The position numbers and the translations under genes were made by a program. Of a stretch of DNA of 64,000 bases, positions 37,326 through 47,138 are shown piece by piece. The notes beneath the pieces are model-generated. The model did not search any database. It had not been told where the DNA came from and saw only the letters and a list, made by a program, of their open reading frames with translations. Source of the DNA: OCS155 cluster bacterium AG-422-J23 (GTDB taxonomy: Bacteria > Actinomycetota > Acidimicrobiia > Actinomarinales > Actinomarinaceae). The stretch spans positions 369,568 to 433,567 of the forward strand of contig QCMT01000001.1 in assembly GCA_003213625.1 (NCBI GenBank), read 5' to 3'. How positions within the stretch are numbered: the stretch's first letter is position 1; every line of letters begins with the position of its first letter.

Positions 37326-37885
37326 TGAGTAATAATTTAGATGAAATATTATCTTTAACAAAAGAGATAACATATCAGGATAGTGATGACTTTGATATTA
37401 CTGTTACTGAATATGGCGAGGAACTTTCCAAAACAAAAGATATTGAGTTCCTTTGGATAGCTAGAAATACTAGCTCAACTGTAAAAAAAGCAAGTACAAA
37501 TATTAAGTCTTTTAATGATCAAAATATTGCAAAAAATGTCGAAGAAAACGGACCTGTAAGGCTTGGTGATGAAGTATTTGTATTTAATAAATCTTATAGT
37601 TGGAAAGTTCAAGATTTAAGAAAATTTATTGAGTGGATTATTGAAAAATCAGATAACAATGAAGAGCTAGTTGAATCTCTACTTGCAATACTTGGACAAA
37701 CCTTTGTTCCTAAACTAAAGGGTCTTGATGCTTTTTCAAATTCTAAGAATATTAATCCCGAAATGATTCGTGATACTTTTTTATATAAAGAATGGAAAGA
37801 AAAAGCTGACTTAAAAAGTATAAATACAAACAACAGTACAGCCCCAAAGTGGGCAAAAGAGCTAGGTCATAAAGAAAGGAAATAA
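37326..37885 (+). CDS. Hypothetical protein (partner of the Rad52-like gene, no recognisable domain)
   Basis: ORF with RBS AGGAG 7 nt upstream of ATG 37326. Ends exactly at the start codon of the downstream gene (coupled). Confidence 0.4.
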
Positions 37886-38313
37886 TGAATCAATTATATG
37901 AACTATCAAGACAATTTCCAGATGAGTGGATTAAGCCCGCTCCAAAAGGTAAATTTGGAAACTATATTCCTCATTCTGTCATTACTCAAAGACTTTTAGA
38001 GGTATGTGGGCCTTTTAATTGGGAAGTTGTTCAATTAATTAGACAAGATAATAGTGGAAAAGTAGTTGGTTGCTTTGGCAAACTAACAACACAAATTGAT
38101 GGCAAATCAGTAACCATAACATCAATTGGAGATGTTGAACACGATCAAGGAAGTGACGGCATGAATGCTAAGCATGCTGAATCAGATGCATTCAAAAGAT
38201 GTGCTATGAAAGTTGGTCTTGGATTACATCTTTGGGCTGGTGAAGAATATTATTTAGATAAAAAACTTAGTGAAGCTGAAGGAAAGAAAAATATAAAGTT
38301 ACAATCTGCTTAA
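37885..38313 (+). CDS. Rad52/Rad22-family single-strand annealing protein (Sak-like), minimal 142-aa form
   Basis: Alignable to the Rad52 N-terminal domain: [20 protein letters not shown] ~ [40 protein letters not shown] ~ [20 protein letters not shown]. Confidence 0.6.
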   Translation: [142 protein letters not shown]

Positions 38314-38765
38314 CTTTGAATTTTTCCATCTCTTGATTCAATAAACATTGTTAAAGGACCATCGTTAATAAGTGAAACTTCCATTAAAGCTCCAAAGATA
38401 CCTTGTTTAAGGGTTAATTTGTCAGAAAATATCTCAGCAACATCATCAATCATTTTTTTTGCAATCTCAGGATCTTGAGAATTTATAAATGATGGTCTAT
38501 TTCCTTTTTGAATATTTCCACTTAATGTAAATTGGCTTACTAAAAGTATTTCTCCATTAGCATCAATTATTGATTTATTCATTTTTCCTTGTTCGTCAGG
38601 AAATATTCTCAAATTAATAATCTTGTTTGTTAGAGTTTCAATATCTTCTGGAGTATCACCTTTTTCAATACACCATAAAAGGAGATAGCCACTGCTAATT
38701 TCTGAAATTAAAGAGTTATCAACTTTCACTGATGCTGATTTAACTCTTTGCAAAACAACTTTCAT
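38310..38765 (-). CDS. dtd: D-aminoacyl-tRNA deacylase
   Basis: MKVVLQRVKSASV ... SQFTL..N..KG.RPSF motif. Confidence 0.9.
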   Translation of the reverse strand: MKVVLQRVKSASVKVDNSLISEISSGYLLLWCIEKGDTPEDIETLTNKIINLRIFPDEQGKMNKSIIDANGEILLVSQFTLSGNIQKGNRPSFINSQDPEIAKKMIDDVAEIFSDKLTLKQGIFGALMEVSLINDGPLTMFIESRDGKIQS

Positions 38766-38784
38766 AATATTCTATGATAATTAT

Positions 38785-39204
38785 ATGGGATTAGATAAAA
38801 AAACGATTGCAATGGCAAAAGAGCCTAATTATGCAACTTTAACGACGCTCTTTAAAAGTGGTGCCCCTCAAACACACGTAATGTGGGTTGATACAGATGG
38901 TGAAAATATTTTAATAAATACAGAGATCCACCGTAGAAAATATTTAAATGTAAAAGATGATCCAAGAGTCAATGTTATGATCTGGAAGCATGATAATGAG
39001 TTTAAATTTGTGGAAATTAGAGGAGAGGTAGTTGGTGAAATTACAGGTGAAGACGCTTTAAAAAATATTAATGATCTATCTCAGAAATATTGGAACAAAC
39101 CATACCCTTTTGAAATTCAATCTGAAAGAATAATTTTAAAAATAAAAGCCGAAAGAGAATTCTTTTTTAATCTTAAAGATCAAGACTTTGAAGGTTTGTC
39201 ATAA
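38785..39204 (+). CDS. Pyridoxamine-5'-phosphate-oxidase-fold protein, probable F420-dependent class (FDOR-B-like)
   Basis: Split-barrel PNPOx-like sequence (ATLTTLFKSGAPQTHVMWVDTDGENILINT). F420 dependence is inferred from the family and the cofGH context. Confidence 0.55.
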   Translation: MGLDKKTIAMAKEPNYATLTTLFKSGAPQTHVMWVDTDGENILINTEIHRRKYLNVKDDPRVNVMIWKHDNEFKFVEIRGEVVGEITGEDALKNINDLSQKYWNKPYPFEIQSERIILKIKAEREFFFNLKDQDFEGLS

Positions 39205-40046
39205 TTGTAAAAACCTTCTCCTGTTTTTACACCCAATTTCCCATCTTTAACTTTTTCTTCTAGAAATTTTTTGGGTTTATCTTTTGGGTTTTTTGTTTCA
39301 TTATAAATTTTAAGTTTTGAATAATAACTAATATCCAAGCCTGAGTAATCAGTCAATTCAAATGGTCCTAGTGGATGGTTCAATCCTTTCTTAATTGCCA
39401 TGTCTATATCTTTGAAGTCGGCTATTCCTTCGTCATATAATTCGTAGGCCTCATCAACTAACGCACCTAACATCCTGTTTACAATAAAGCCTGGCGTTTC
39501 TTTATTTAAAGTTACGACTGTTCTTCCCATCAATTTGCTCAGTTTTTTAGTCCTATCAACTATTTCTTTGTTAGTGGATTCTGGAAATGAAATTTCAATG
39601 AGATCCATTCTTAATGGAGGGTAAAAGAAGTGCATATTTATAAATCTCTCGGGATGTTTACAGTGTTGCGCAATTTCTGATGCAGCTATAAATGAACTGT
39701 TTGTTGCAAGAACAACATCCTCATCGAGTATTTTTGAAATCGTTGAAAAAATTTCTTTTTTTACGTCAAATCTTTCAACTACAGCTTCAATTACAAATGT
39801 TTTATCATCTACCACCGTTTCAAGTGAATCATAAACTTTAAGATTTTGGTTAAAATTATCCAAGCTTTCTTTTTTTATCAAGTCTTTAGAAACTAAATTT
39901 TCTATATTCTCTTTGGTAAAAACTAATTTGCTATCTAAATATTCTTTATTGCTATCAAAGATACTTGTTTCATGACCTGACATTGCTGATAAAGCCGCAA
40001 TCTGACTTCCCATTTGTCCACCACCGATAACTGCAACTTTTTCCAT
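39180..40046 (-). CDS. 3-Hydroxyacyl-CoA (3-hydroxybutyryl-CoA) dehydrogenase
   Basis: MEKVAVIGGGQMGSQIA Rossmann N-terminus. HCDH family. Confidence 0.85.
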   Translation of the reverse strand: MEKVAVIGGGQMGSQIAALSAMSGHETSIFDSNKEYLDSKLVFTKENIENLVSKDLIKKESLDNFNQNLKVYDSLETVVDDKTFVIEAVVERFDVKKEIFSTISKILDEDVVLATNSSFIAASEIAQHCKHPERFINMHFFYPPLRMDLIEISFPESTNKEIVDRTKKLSKLMGRTVVTLNKETPGFIVNRMLGALVDEAYELYDEGIADFKDIDMAIKKGLNHPLGPFELTDYSGLDISYYSKLKIYNETKNPKDKPKKFLEEKVKDGKLGVKTGEGFYNYDKPSKS

Positions 40047-40048
40047 AA

Positions 40049-41257
40049 TTATCTATGTTTATTAATTTCTCTTCTTGCTATTGATCTTAAATGAACTTCA
40101 TCTGGTCCATCTGCAATTCTTAATACACGAGCTCCTGCAGACATCCTAGCTAGTGGAGTATCTTGGGATAACCCCATTGCGCCAAACGTTTGTATAGCTT
40201 TGTCGATGACGTAAGAAGCAGCCTCAACAACAGATACTTTTATAGATGAGATTTCTATTTTTGCTTCTTCTTTACCAACTGTATCTATTAGCCATGCAGT
40301 TTTCAAAGTTAGTAATCTTGCTTCCTCTATTTTTATTCTTGAGCGAGCAATCCAATCTTGAATAACACCTTGTTCAGCTAATTTTTGACCAAATGTTTCT
40401 CTTTCAAGTGATCGGTCGATCATAAGAGATAATGCTCTCTCTGCCATTCCGATAGCCCTCATACAATGATGTATTCTTCCAGGCCCAAGCCTTGCTTGAG
40501 CTATTTTAAATCCCATTCCTTCTCCCCCAATGATGTTAGATTTTGGAACAACGACATTTTCAAATAAAAGCTCTGGATGTCCTGTGTATCCATCATCATA
40601 TCCAAATACTTGCATTGGTCTGATTATCGATAGTCCCTCGCTATCCATAGGCACTAATACTTGGCTCTGCCTTTGGTATGGAGGACTATCTGGGTTTGTC
40701 ACACCCATAAAAATACATATTTTTGCATTTGGATTTATTGCATTTGAAGTCCACCATTTACGACCATTAATTACATAATTGTCACCGTCACTGACAATTG
40801 AACTTCCTATGTTTGTAGCATCTGAGGAAGCTACATTTGGCTCAGTCATTGCAAAGCATGATCTTATTTCTCCTTCAAGAAGTGGTTCAAGCCATTGTTT
40901 TTTTTGTTCTGCTGTTCCAAACTCTGCTAAAATTTCCATATTTCCTGTATCAGGGGCAGAGCAATTAAATACTTCAGGAGCCCACCAATTATGACCTGTT
41001 ATCTCAGCTAATGGTGCATAGTCAACATTTGATAATCCATATCCATATTCATTGTCAGGGAGAAATAAATTCCACAAATTTTCACTTTTAGCTTTTGATT
41101 TAAGCTCATTTAATATTTCTGGAATATGCAATGGATCTCCTGAATCAATAATTGCCTTCTCATAGAGCTCCTCATTTGGGTAAATATGGTCAGCGAAAAA
41201 GGTTTTTAGCTTATCTTGTAATTCAAGTGATTCTTTAGAGAAATTAAAATCCATCAT
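40049..41257 (-). CDS. Acyl-CoA dehydrogenase
   Basis: ACAD N/M/C domain pattern, 402 aa. Confidence 0.85.
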   Translation of the reverse strand: MMDFNFSKESLELQDKLKTFFADHIYPNEELYEKAIIDSGDPLHIPEILNELKSKAKSENLWNLFLPDNEYGYGLSNVDYAPLAEITGHNWWAPEVFNCSAPDTGNMEILAEFGTAEQKKQWLEPLLEGEIRSCFAMTEPNVASSDATNIGSSIVSDGDNYVINGRKWWTSNAINPNAKICIFMGVTNPDSPPYQRQSQVLVPMDSEGLSIIRPMQVFGYDDGYTGHPELLFENVVVPKSNIIGGEGMGFKIAQARLGPGRIHHCMRAIGMAERALSLMIDRSLERETFGQKLAEQGVIQDWIARSRIKIEEARLLTLKTAWLIDTVGKEEAKIEISSIKVSVVEAASYVIDKAIQTFGAMGLSQDTPLARMSAGARVLRIADGPDEVHLRSIARREINKHR

Positions 41258-41311
41258 TCTTATTGTATCAATTTAAACTTCTGAACCAAAAAACTTTCAT
41301 TAATATGTTGT

Positions 41312-42331
41312 TTGATGGACTTTTTTAGCGACAAACTAAAGAAATATATTTCTACAGTTGTAGATATTTCAGAAGATTTTAACTTTGAACAATTTAAAGT
41401 AGGAAGATCAAATATTACATTTAAAATTTTTGATGATTCAAATACATTTGTATTAAGACGGCCTCCATTTGGACTCAAATTAGAATCTGCACACAATATG
41501 GGTAGGGAATATAAAATATTAAAAGTTTTAAATGAAAATGGTTTAAGGGTTCCAAAACCACTCTATCTATACAATAAGAAGGAGCTATCTACAGATGATT
41601 TTTATATTATGCAATTTATCGAGGGTGATACGATAGCTAACGACCAAGTAGCAGAACGCTATGACCAATCACAGAAAAAAACAATTACTGAATCATTCAT
41701 TAAAGCTCTTACAGAAATACACAATTTTAATGTTATAAATTCAGAATTAAGTAATTTAGGTAAACATGAGGATTACGTAGTAAGACAAATAAACAGATGG
41801 AACAAACAATTCCAATCTCAAAAAGTTAGAGAAATAAAAGAACTAGAAAGTGCGACTAATTTACTTCTTGATTATATTCCTCCTCAACAAACTGTTGGAA
41901 TAGTTCATGGAGATTACAGATTAGACAATGTTCGAGTAAAGGATAATAAAGTAACAGCCGTACTGGATTGGGAACTTTGTACTTTAGGAGATCCGCTTGC
42001 AGATATGGGAACAGTTATAGCTTCTTGGAATACAAAGAAAGAAAAAGACTCACCATTTATTTACTCTCCTACCCTGTCTGGTGGATTTCCTACACGTGAG
42101 GATGTAATTAAATTATATCTAAATGAATCAAATCTAGATTTAAAAGATATTGAATTTTACACAAGGTTATCTTATTGGAAACATGCAATGATAATGGAAG
42201 GGGTGTACATAAGATATTCCATGGGATCATATGGAAAAACAAATGAAAATGAAATAGAATCATTTAAGGACAGTACAATAAAGTTTGCAAATAAAGCTGC
42301 GAATAAAAATTTATTAGAGGAGATAACATGA
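41312..42331 (+). CDS. Phosphotransferase (APH / choline-kinase-like) family protein, ACAD-associated type
   Basis: Catalytic loop IVHGDYRLDNV and DWE motif. Confidence 0.75.
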   Translation: MMDFFSDKLKKYISTVVDISEDFNFEQFKVGRSNITFKIFDDSNTFVLRRPPFGLKLESAHNMGREYKILKVLNENGLRVPKPLYLYNKKELSTDDFYIMQFIEGDTIANDQVAERYDQSQKKTITESFIKALTEIHNFNVINSELSNLGKHEDYVVRQINRWNKQFQSQKVREIKELESATNLLLDYIPPQQTVGIVHGDYRLDNVRVKDNKVTAVLDWELCTLGDPLADMGTVIASWNTKKEKDSPFIYSPTLSGGFPTREDVIKLYLNESNLDLKDIEFYTRLSYWKHAMIMEGVYIRYSMGSYGKTNENEIESFKDSTIKFANKAANKNLLEEIT

Positions 42332-42789
42332 TGATTGTACCTGCAGAGGAAATGGAAAAATATATTGGTCAAGAGGTTGGTGTTTCAGACTGGTTCGAAA
42401 TAAATCAAGATAGGATAAATCAATTTGCAGAAGGTACAAACGATCATCAATTTATTCATGTTGATGAAGAAATGGCTAAAAGCACTCCATGGGGAAGTAC
42501 AATAGCTCATGGATTCCTGACATTGAGTATGATAACTTACTTATCTGCAGACAACACTGTCATGCCAGAAAATATTCAAATGGCAATTAATTACGGACTT
42601 GATAAAGTTCGTTTCATGGAAGCTGTTCCAGTAAATAGCAAGATTAGAGGGAGATTTGTTTTGTCAGATGTCCAGTATAAAAAAGCTGGTAGATGGTTGG
42701 TAAAGCATACTGCTACAATTGAAATAGAAGGTAAAGACAAGCCAGCAGCTATTGTTGAGCCTTTAACTTTATTTATAATTACAGAATAG
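42328..42789 (+). CDS. MaoC-like (R)-specific enoyl-CoA hydratase (hotdog fold)
   Basis: MaoC dehydratase motifs. 153 aa. Confidence 0.8.
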   Translation: MMIVPAEEMEKYIGQEVGVSDWFEINQDRINQFAEGTNDHQFIHVDEEMAKSTPWGSTIAHGFLTLSMITYLSADNTVMPENIQMAINYGLDKVRFMEAVPVNSKIRGRFVLSDVQYKKAGRWLVKHTATIEIEGKDKPAAIVEPLTLFIITE

Positions 42790-42806
42790 AAGAAAGAAGA
42801 CTAAAG

Positions 42807-43985
42807 ATGAGAGAAGCAGTAATAGTATCAGCAGCAAGAACACCTATTGGAAAAGCTTATCGTGGAGCATACAACAAAACAGATGCTCCTACATTAGGTT
42901 CTTATTCAATCAAAGAAGCTGTTGAAAGAGCAAATGTTGATCCAAATGAAATAGAAGATGTCATTATGGGTTGTGCTCAACAACAAGGCTCACAAGCATT
43001 GAACATTGGAAGACTAAGTGGAATCGCAGCAGGATTACCAATTACTGTTCCAGGAATGACAATAGATAGACAATGTTCTTCTGGCCTAATGGCCATTGCT
43101 ACTGGTGCAAAACAAATAATGACAGACAATATGAATGTTGTTGTTGCAGGCGGTGTTGAATCTATATCTTTGGTTCAAACTGCTGAATTGCGATTTGCTC
43201 CAGATCCAAATGTCGTAAGACTTGCTGATAACGCTTATATGCCTATGATCGAAACTGCTGATTTTGTTGCTGAAAAATATAATATCTCAAGAGAATATCA
43301 GGATGAATATTCATTACAAAGTCAACAAAGAACTGCAGCTGCTCAAGAGGGAAACAAGTTTGATGACGAAATTATTTCAACAACTACAACAAAAAGTGTC
43401 AAAAATAAAGAAACTGGTGAGGTTACTGATGAAGAGGTTGAATTAACAAAAGATGAAGGAAATAGACCAGAGACCAATTTAGAGGGTTTATCCTCTCTTC
43501 CTCCGGTTTATGGAGAAGGAAAGTTCATTACAGCTGGTAATGCTTCACAATTATCAGATGGTTCAGCTTCTGTTGTTTTAATGGAAGCAAGTGAAGCAGA
43601 AAAAAGAAACCTAGAACCACTTGGATATTATAGGGGTATGACTGTATCAGCATTAGCACCAGAGGAAATGGGAATAGGTCCTGTATATGCAGTTCCAGAT
43701 TTATTAAACAAATTTAACTTAAAAATTGAAGATATAGACCTCTGGGAACTAAATGAAGCGTTTGCTGTTCAAACTTTATACTGTAGAGATGAGCTTGGTA
43801 TTGACAACAGCATATATAACGTTAATGGTGGTTCAATATCAATAGGCCATCCTTACGGAATGACTGGTGCAAGAATGACGATGCATGCATTAATAGAGGG
43901 TAAAAGAAGAAACGCGAAATTCGTAGTTGTAACTATGTGTGTCGGTGGTGGCATGGGTGCAGCTGGTTTATTTGAAGTTATCTAA
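42807..43985 (+). CDS. Acetyl-CoA C-acyltransferase (thiolase)
   Basis: Thiolase active-site regions (RQCSSGLMA; [19 protein letters not shown]; CVGGGMGAA). Confidence 0.9.
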   Translation: MREAVIVSAARTPIGKAYRGAYNKTDAPTLGSYSIKEAVERANVDPNEIEDVIMGCAQQQGSQALNIGRLSGIAAGLPITVPGMTIDRQCSSGLMAIATGAKQIMTDNMNVVVAGGVESISLVQTAELRFAPDPNVVRLADNAYMPMIETADFVAEKYNISREYQDEYSLQSQQRTAAAQEGNKFDDEIISTTTTKSVKNKETGEVTDEEVELTKDEGNRPETNLEGLSSLPPVYGEGKFITAGNASQLSDGSASVVLMEASEAEKRNLEPLGYYRGMTVSALAPEEMGIGPVYAVPDLLNKFNLKIEDIDLWELNEAFAVQTLYCRDELGIDNSIYNVNGGSISIGHPYGMTGARMTMHALIEGKRRNAKFVVVTMCVGGGMGAAGLFEVI

Positions 43986-44039
43986 ATTTAAAATTTGTAA
44001 CTAAATTTTAAATCACAATCTTACAATTTATAATGTTGT

Positions 44040-45494
44040 ATGGAAAAAATTCATACAAAAGCTGACTATCTAGATTCTCTTAAAAATAGAAACCTAACAA
44101 TCTACTTAATGGGTGAGCTTGTAGAAGATCCATTGACACATCCAATAATAAAGCCAAGCATAGAAGCAATGGCTGAGACCTATGCTCTTGCTGAGAGAGA
44201 ACCTGAATTAGCATCTGCAATATCTCCTTATACCAATGAGCCAATTAATAGGTTTTTACATATTGCTGAAAATAATCAAGATTTATATCTACAAAACCAA
44301 ATGCAAAGAAAGTTGGGACAATTAACTGGGACTTGTTTTCAAAGATGTGTTGGTATGGATGCATTCAACGCTCTTCATTCAGTAACTTACGAAATTGATG
44401 AAAAATATAAGACTGATTATCACAAAAAATTTATAAGTTTCTTAACAAAAATGCATGAATCCAATCTTGTTATTGGGGGTGCAATGACTGATGTCAAAGG
44501 TGATAGATCAAAGCCACCACATCAACAGGCAGACCAAGATTTATATCTCAGAGTTGTGAAACGAGACAATAAAGGTGTGTACGTTTCTGGAGCAAAAGCT
44601 CATCAGACAGGTTGTTTAAATTCCCATTGGATGGTGGTCATGCCAACTTTAAGACTTACAGAAGATGATAAAGATTATGCAATAGTTGGAGCGCTACCAA
44701 TCGAATCTGAAGGAATAACTTACATTTATGGGCGTCAATCATGTGACACGAGAAGTATGGAGCCTGGTGAATACGATGTTGGTAATAAGTACTTTGCTGG
44801 CCAGGAAGCAATGGTAATTTTTGACAATGTATTTATACCAAATGAATACATATTTATGAATGGTGAATACGATTTTGCAGCAATGTTGGTTGAACGATTT
44901 ACATGCTATCACAGAAGATCTTATGTTTGTAAAGCTGGAGTAGGAGATGTAATGATTGGAGCAGCTGCAACCATTGCTGAATACAATGGAGTCGAAAACA
45001 AATCACATATCAGAGAAAAATTAGTTGAGATGAATAAATTAAATGAAACAATATACGCGACGGGAATTGCTTCGTCATTACAAGGAAAAGAAACTAAAAG
45101 TGGAAACTTTATCAATGACGATTTACTGGCAAATGTTTGTAAGCAACATGTAACAAAAGAAACATATGAAATTGGAAGATTAGCACAAGATCTTGCGGGA
45201 GGATTAGTTGCTTCAATGCCCTCAGGAATTGACATTCACGAAAGTGACATGTCCCCAAATCTCAAAAAATACTTAAAAGGTAAAGAAGATATAAATACTG
45301 AAGATCGTGTCAAAATGTTGAGACTAATAGAAAATATGACTTTAGGAAGAAATGCTGTAGCTTATTTAACTGAGTCTATGCATGGAGCTGGATCCCCTCA
45401 AGCACAAAGAATCCAAATTTCAAGAAAAGTTGATATTGAAGAAAAGAAGAACTTTGCAAAAAAATTGTCTGGAATAATTAAAAGAGAAGAGTAA
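44040..45494 (+). CDS. 4-Hydroxybutyryl-CoA dehydratase / vinylacetyl-CoA isomerase (AbfD)-like enzyme of the HpaB fold
   Basis: 484 aa. Cys pair CFQRC (Cx3C) and a later H...C (YHRRSYVC) consistent with the AbfD [4Fe-4S] ligand pattern. The call is tentative. Confidence 0.6.
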   Translation: MEKIHTKADYLDSLKNRNLTIYLMGELVEDPLTHPIIKPSIEAMAETYALAEREPELASAISPYTNEPINRFLHIAENNQDLYLQNQMQRKLGQLTGTCFQRCVGMDAFNALHSVTYEIDEKYKTDYHKKFISFLTKMHESNLVIGGAMTDVKGDRSKPPHQQADQDLYLRVVKRDNKGVYVSGAKAHQTGCLNSHWMVVMPTLRLTEDDKDYAIVGALPIESEGITYIYGRQSCDTRSMEPGEYDVGNKYFAGQEAMVIFDNVFIPNEYIFMNGEYDFAAMLVERFTCYHRRSYVCKAGVGDVMIGAAATIAEYNGVENKSHIREKLVEMNKLNETIYATGIASSLQGKETKSGNFINDDLLANVCKQHVTKETYEIGRLAQDLAGGLVASMPSGIDIHESDMSPNLKKYLKGKEDINTEDRVKMLRLIENMTLGRNAVAYLTESMHGAGSPQAQRIQISRKVDIEEKKNFAKKLSGIIKREE

Positions 45495-46465
45495 TGAAAG
45501 CTGTAGTTTGTACAACACTTGGAGAGCCTAATCTCCTTGAAATTCAAGATAATCCTATCCCAGAACCCCAAAAAAATGAAATATTAATAAAAGTTGAAGC
45601 TGCAGGTGTAAATTTTCCAGATGCTTTGATGGTACAAGGAAAATATCAGATTGTTATGGACCCACCATTTACACCCGGAACAGAAGTTTGTGGGATTGTA
45701 GAAGACGTTGGAGAAGATGTTGAAATTAAGATTGGTACAAAAGTTATAGCTTTACCTCCAATGGGTGGTTTTGCAGAATATGTAAGTGTACATAAAAGTT
45801 TAGTTATACCGGTATCTGAAGCAGTTGATTCCTATGCTGGGGCAAGCTTACCTATAAACTACGGAACTTGTTATTACGCATTAAAAAGAAGAGCAAATAT
45901 ACAGAAGGGTGAAAGTTTACTTGTTCTTGGTGCTGCAGGAGGAATTGGAACTGCAACTATCCAGTTGGCAAAAGTTATGGGTGTAAAGACTCTATGTGCA
46001 GTTGGCAGTGATGAAAAAGAGGAATATGTAAAATCATTGGGTGCAGATCAAATTATACGATATGACCAAGTTGATTTAAAGGAAACAACAAAAGAACTAA
46101 CTAATGGTAAGGGTGTTGATGTGGTCATGGACCCAGTTGGTGGTAATGTGACTGAGCAAGCTTTGAGAGCTACAGCTTGGAATGGGAGGCTACTTGTAAT
46201 TGGTTTTACAGATGGAAACATTCCAAAGATACCTCTTAATTTAACTTTGGTAAAAGGTGTTTCGATAGTTGGAGTGTGGTGGGGAAGATGGACAACAACT
46301 TCACCAGAAGAAACGGCAGAAGATTTTGGAGAACTTTTAAGTTTTATTGAAAAAGGTGAATTAAATATTGTGCCAAAAAATGTTCATACAATTGAAGAGA
46401 CTCCCCTTGCATTAGAAAATTTTTTATCTCGTAAAAATATAGGAAAAACAGTTATTAGCTTTTAA
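45494..46465 (+). CDS. NADPH:quinone oxidoreductase / zinc-independent MDR-family alcohol dehydrogenase
   Basis: MDR fold with GAAGGIGTATIQLAK cofactor motif. Confidence 0.8.
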   Translation: MKAVVCTTLGEPNLLEIQDNPIPEPQKNEILIKVEAAGVNFPDALMVQGKYQIVMDPPFTPGTEVCGIVEDVGEDVEIKIGTKVIALPPMGGFAEYVSVHKSLVIPVSEAVDSYAGASLPINYGTCYYALKRRANIQKGESLLVLGAAGGIGTATIQLAKVMGVKTLCAVGSDEKEEYVKSLGADQIIRYDQVDLKETTKELTNGKGVDVVMDPVGGNVTEQALRATAWNGRLLVIGFTDGNIPKIPLNLTLVKGVSIVGVWWGRWTTTSPEETAEDFGELLSFIEKGELNIVPKNVHTIEETPLALENFLSRKNIGKTVISF

Positions 46466-47098
46466 TTACTTCTTTGAAGATTCAAAATAAGGATTTGAAC
46501 CAGATGCGTGATCAGTTGCATCGATAATATTACCTATCTCTGGTACTGCATCTCTTAATGCCTTTTCAATACCTTGTGTCAAAGTTACTTGTGCCATACC
46601 ACATCCTTGGCAACCTCCACCAAGTCTAAGATACACATCTTGGCCTTCTACTCCTACAAGACTTGCTTGACCACCGTGGGAGGCTATTGCAGGATTTATC
46701 TGACTCTCTAAAACTGTCTGTACTTTCTCTGCTAGTTCACCTGTAAGTTCAGGCATGTCTTCAGGGTTGCCAAACATTGCTGGGCTTGGAGTGTTAGGAT
46801 TATCCATTGTTAATCCAGGAGCATCTGGATCCTCTGACATATCTAGACTTGCTCCGTTAAAATTATCAACATCTTTACTAGCAATGACTACAGACAATTC
46901 ACCAAATTCTATTCTTTTATCATCTGGTCTCGCCTGATCTAAGTCAAGGAAACTTAAGTCATAAGTATATTGATTACCTTGGACACCATCTATTTGTAGA
47001 AACAAGGCATAATCTTTTTCACCTGGTTCTTGCTCTCTCAATTCAAGAATTTTAGTAACGGCGGTATCACCAATATTGAATTTAAATTCGTCAGTCAT
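46466..47098 (-). CDS. NfuA-like Fe-S cluster biogenesis protein (degenerate A-type N-domain plus Nfu C-domain)
   Basis: C-terminal Nfu CxxC (GGGCQGCGMA). The N-terminal IscA-like domain has no Cys. Confidence 0.65.
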   Translation of the reverse strand: MTDEFKFNIGDTAVTKILELREQEPGEKDYALFLQIDGVQGNQYTYDLSFLDLDQARPDDKRIEFGELSVVIASKDVDNFNGASLDMSEDPDAPGLTMDNPNTPSPAMFGNPEDMPELTGELAEKVQTVLESQINPAIASHGGQASLVGVEGQDVYLRLGGGCQGCGMAQVTLTQGIEKALRDAVPEIGNIIDATDHASGSNPYFESSKK

Positions 47099-47138
47099 AT
47101 ACTTAATATTAGTAAGCTCAAGATATGTGTAAATAAAT

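Noticed and set aside
43986-44013. AT-only inverted repeat atttaaaattt-gtaacta-aaattttaaat after the thiolase gene, considered as a terminator
   Set aside because: The stem would be entirely A/T and too unstable for an intrinsic terminator. Such dyads occur by chance at this base composition. It could still be a protein-binding site, but there is no supporting context.
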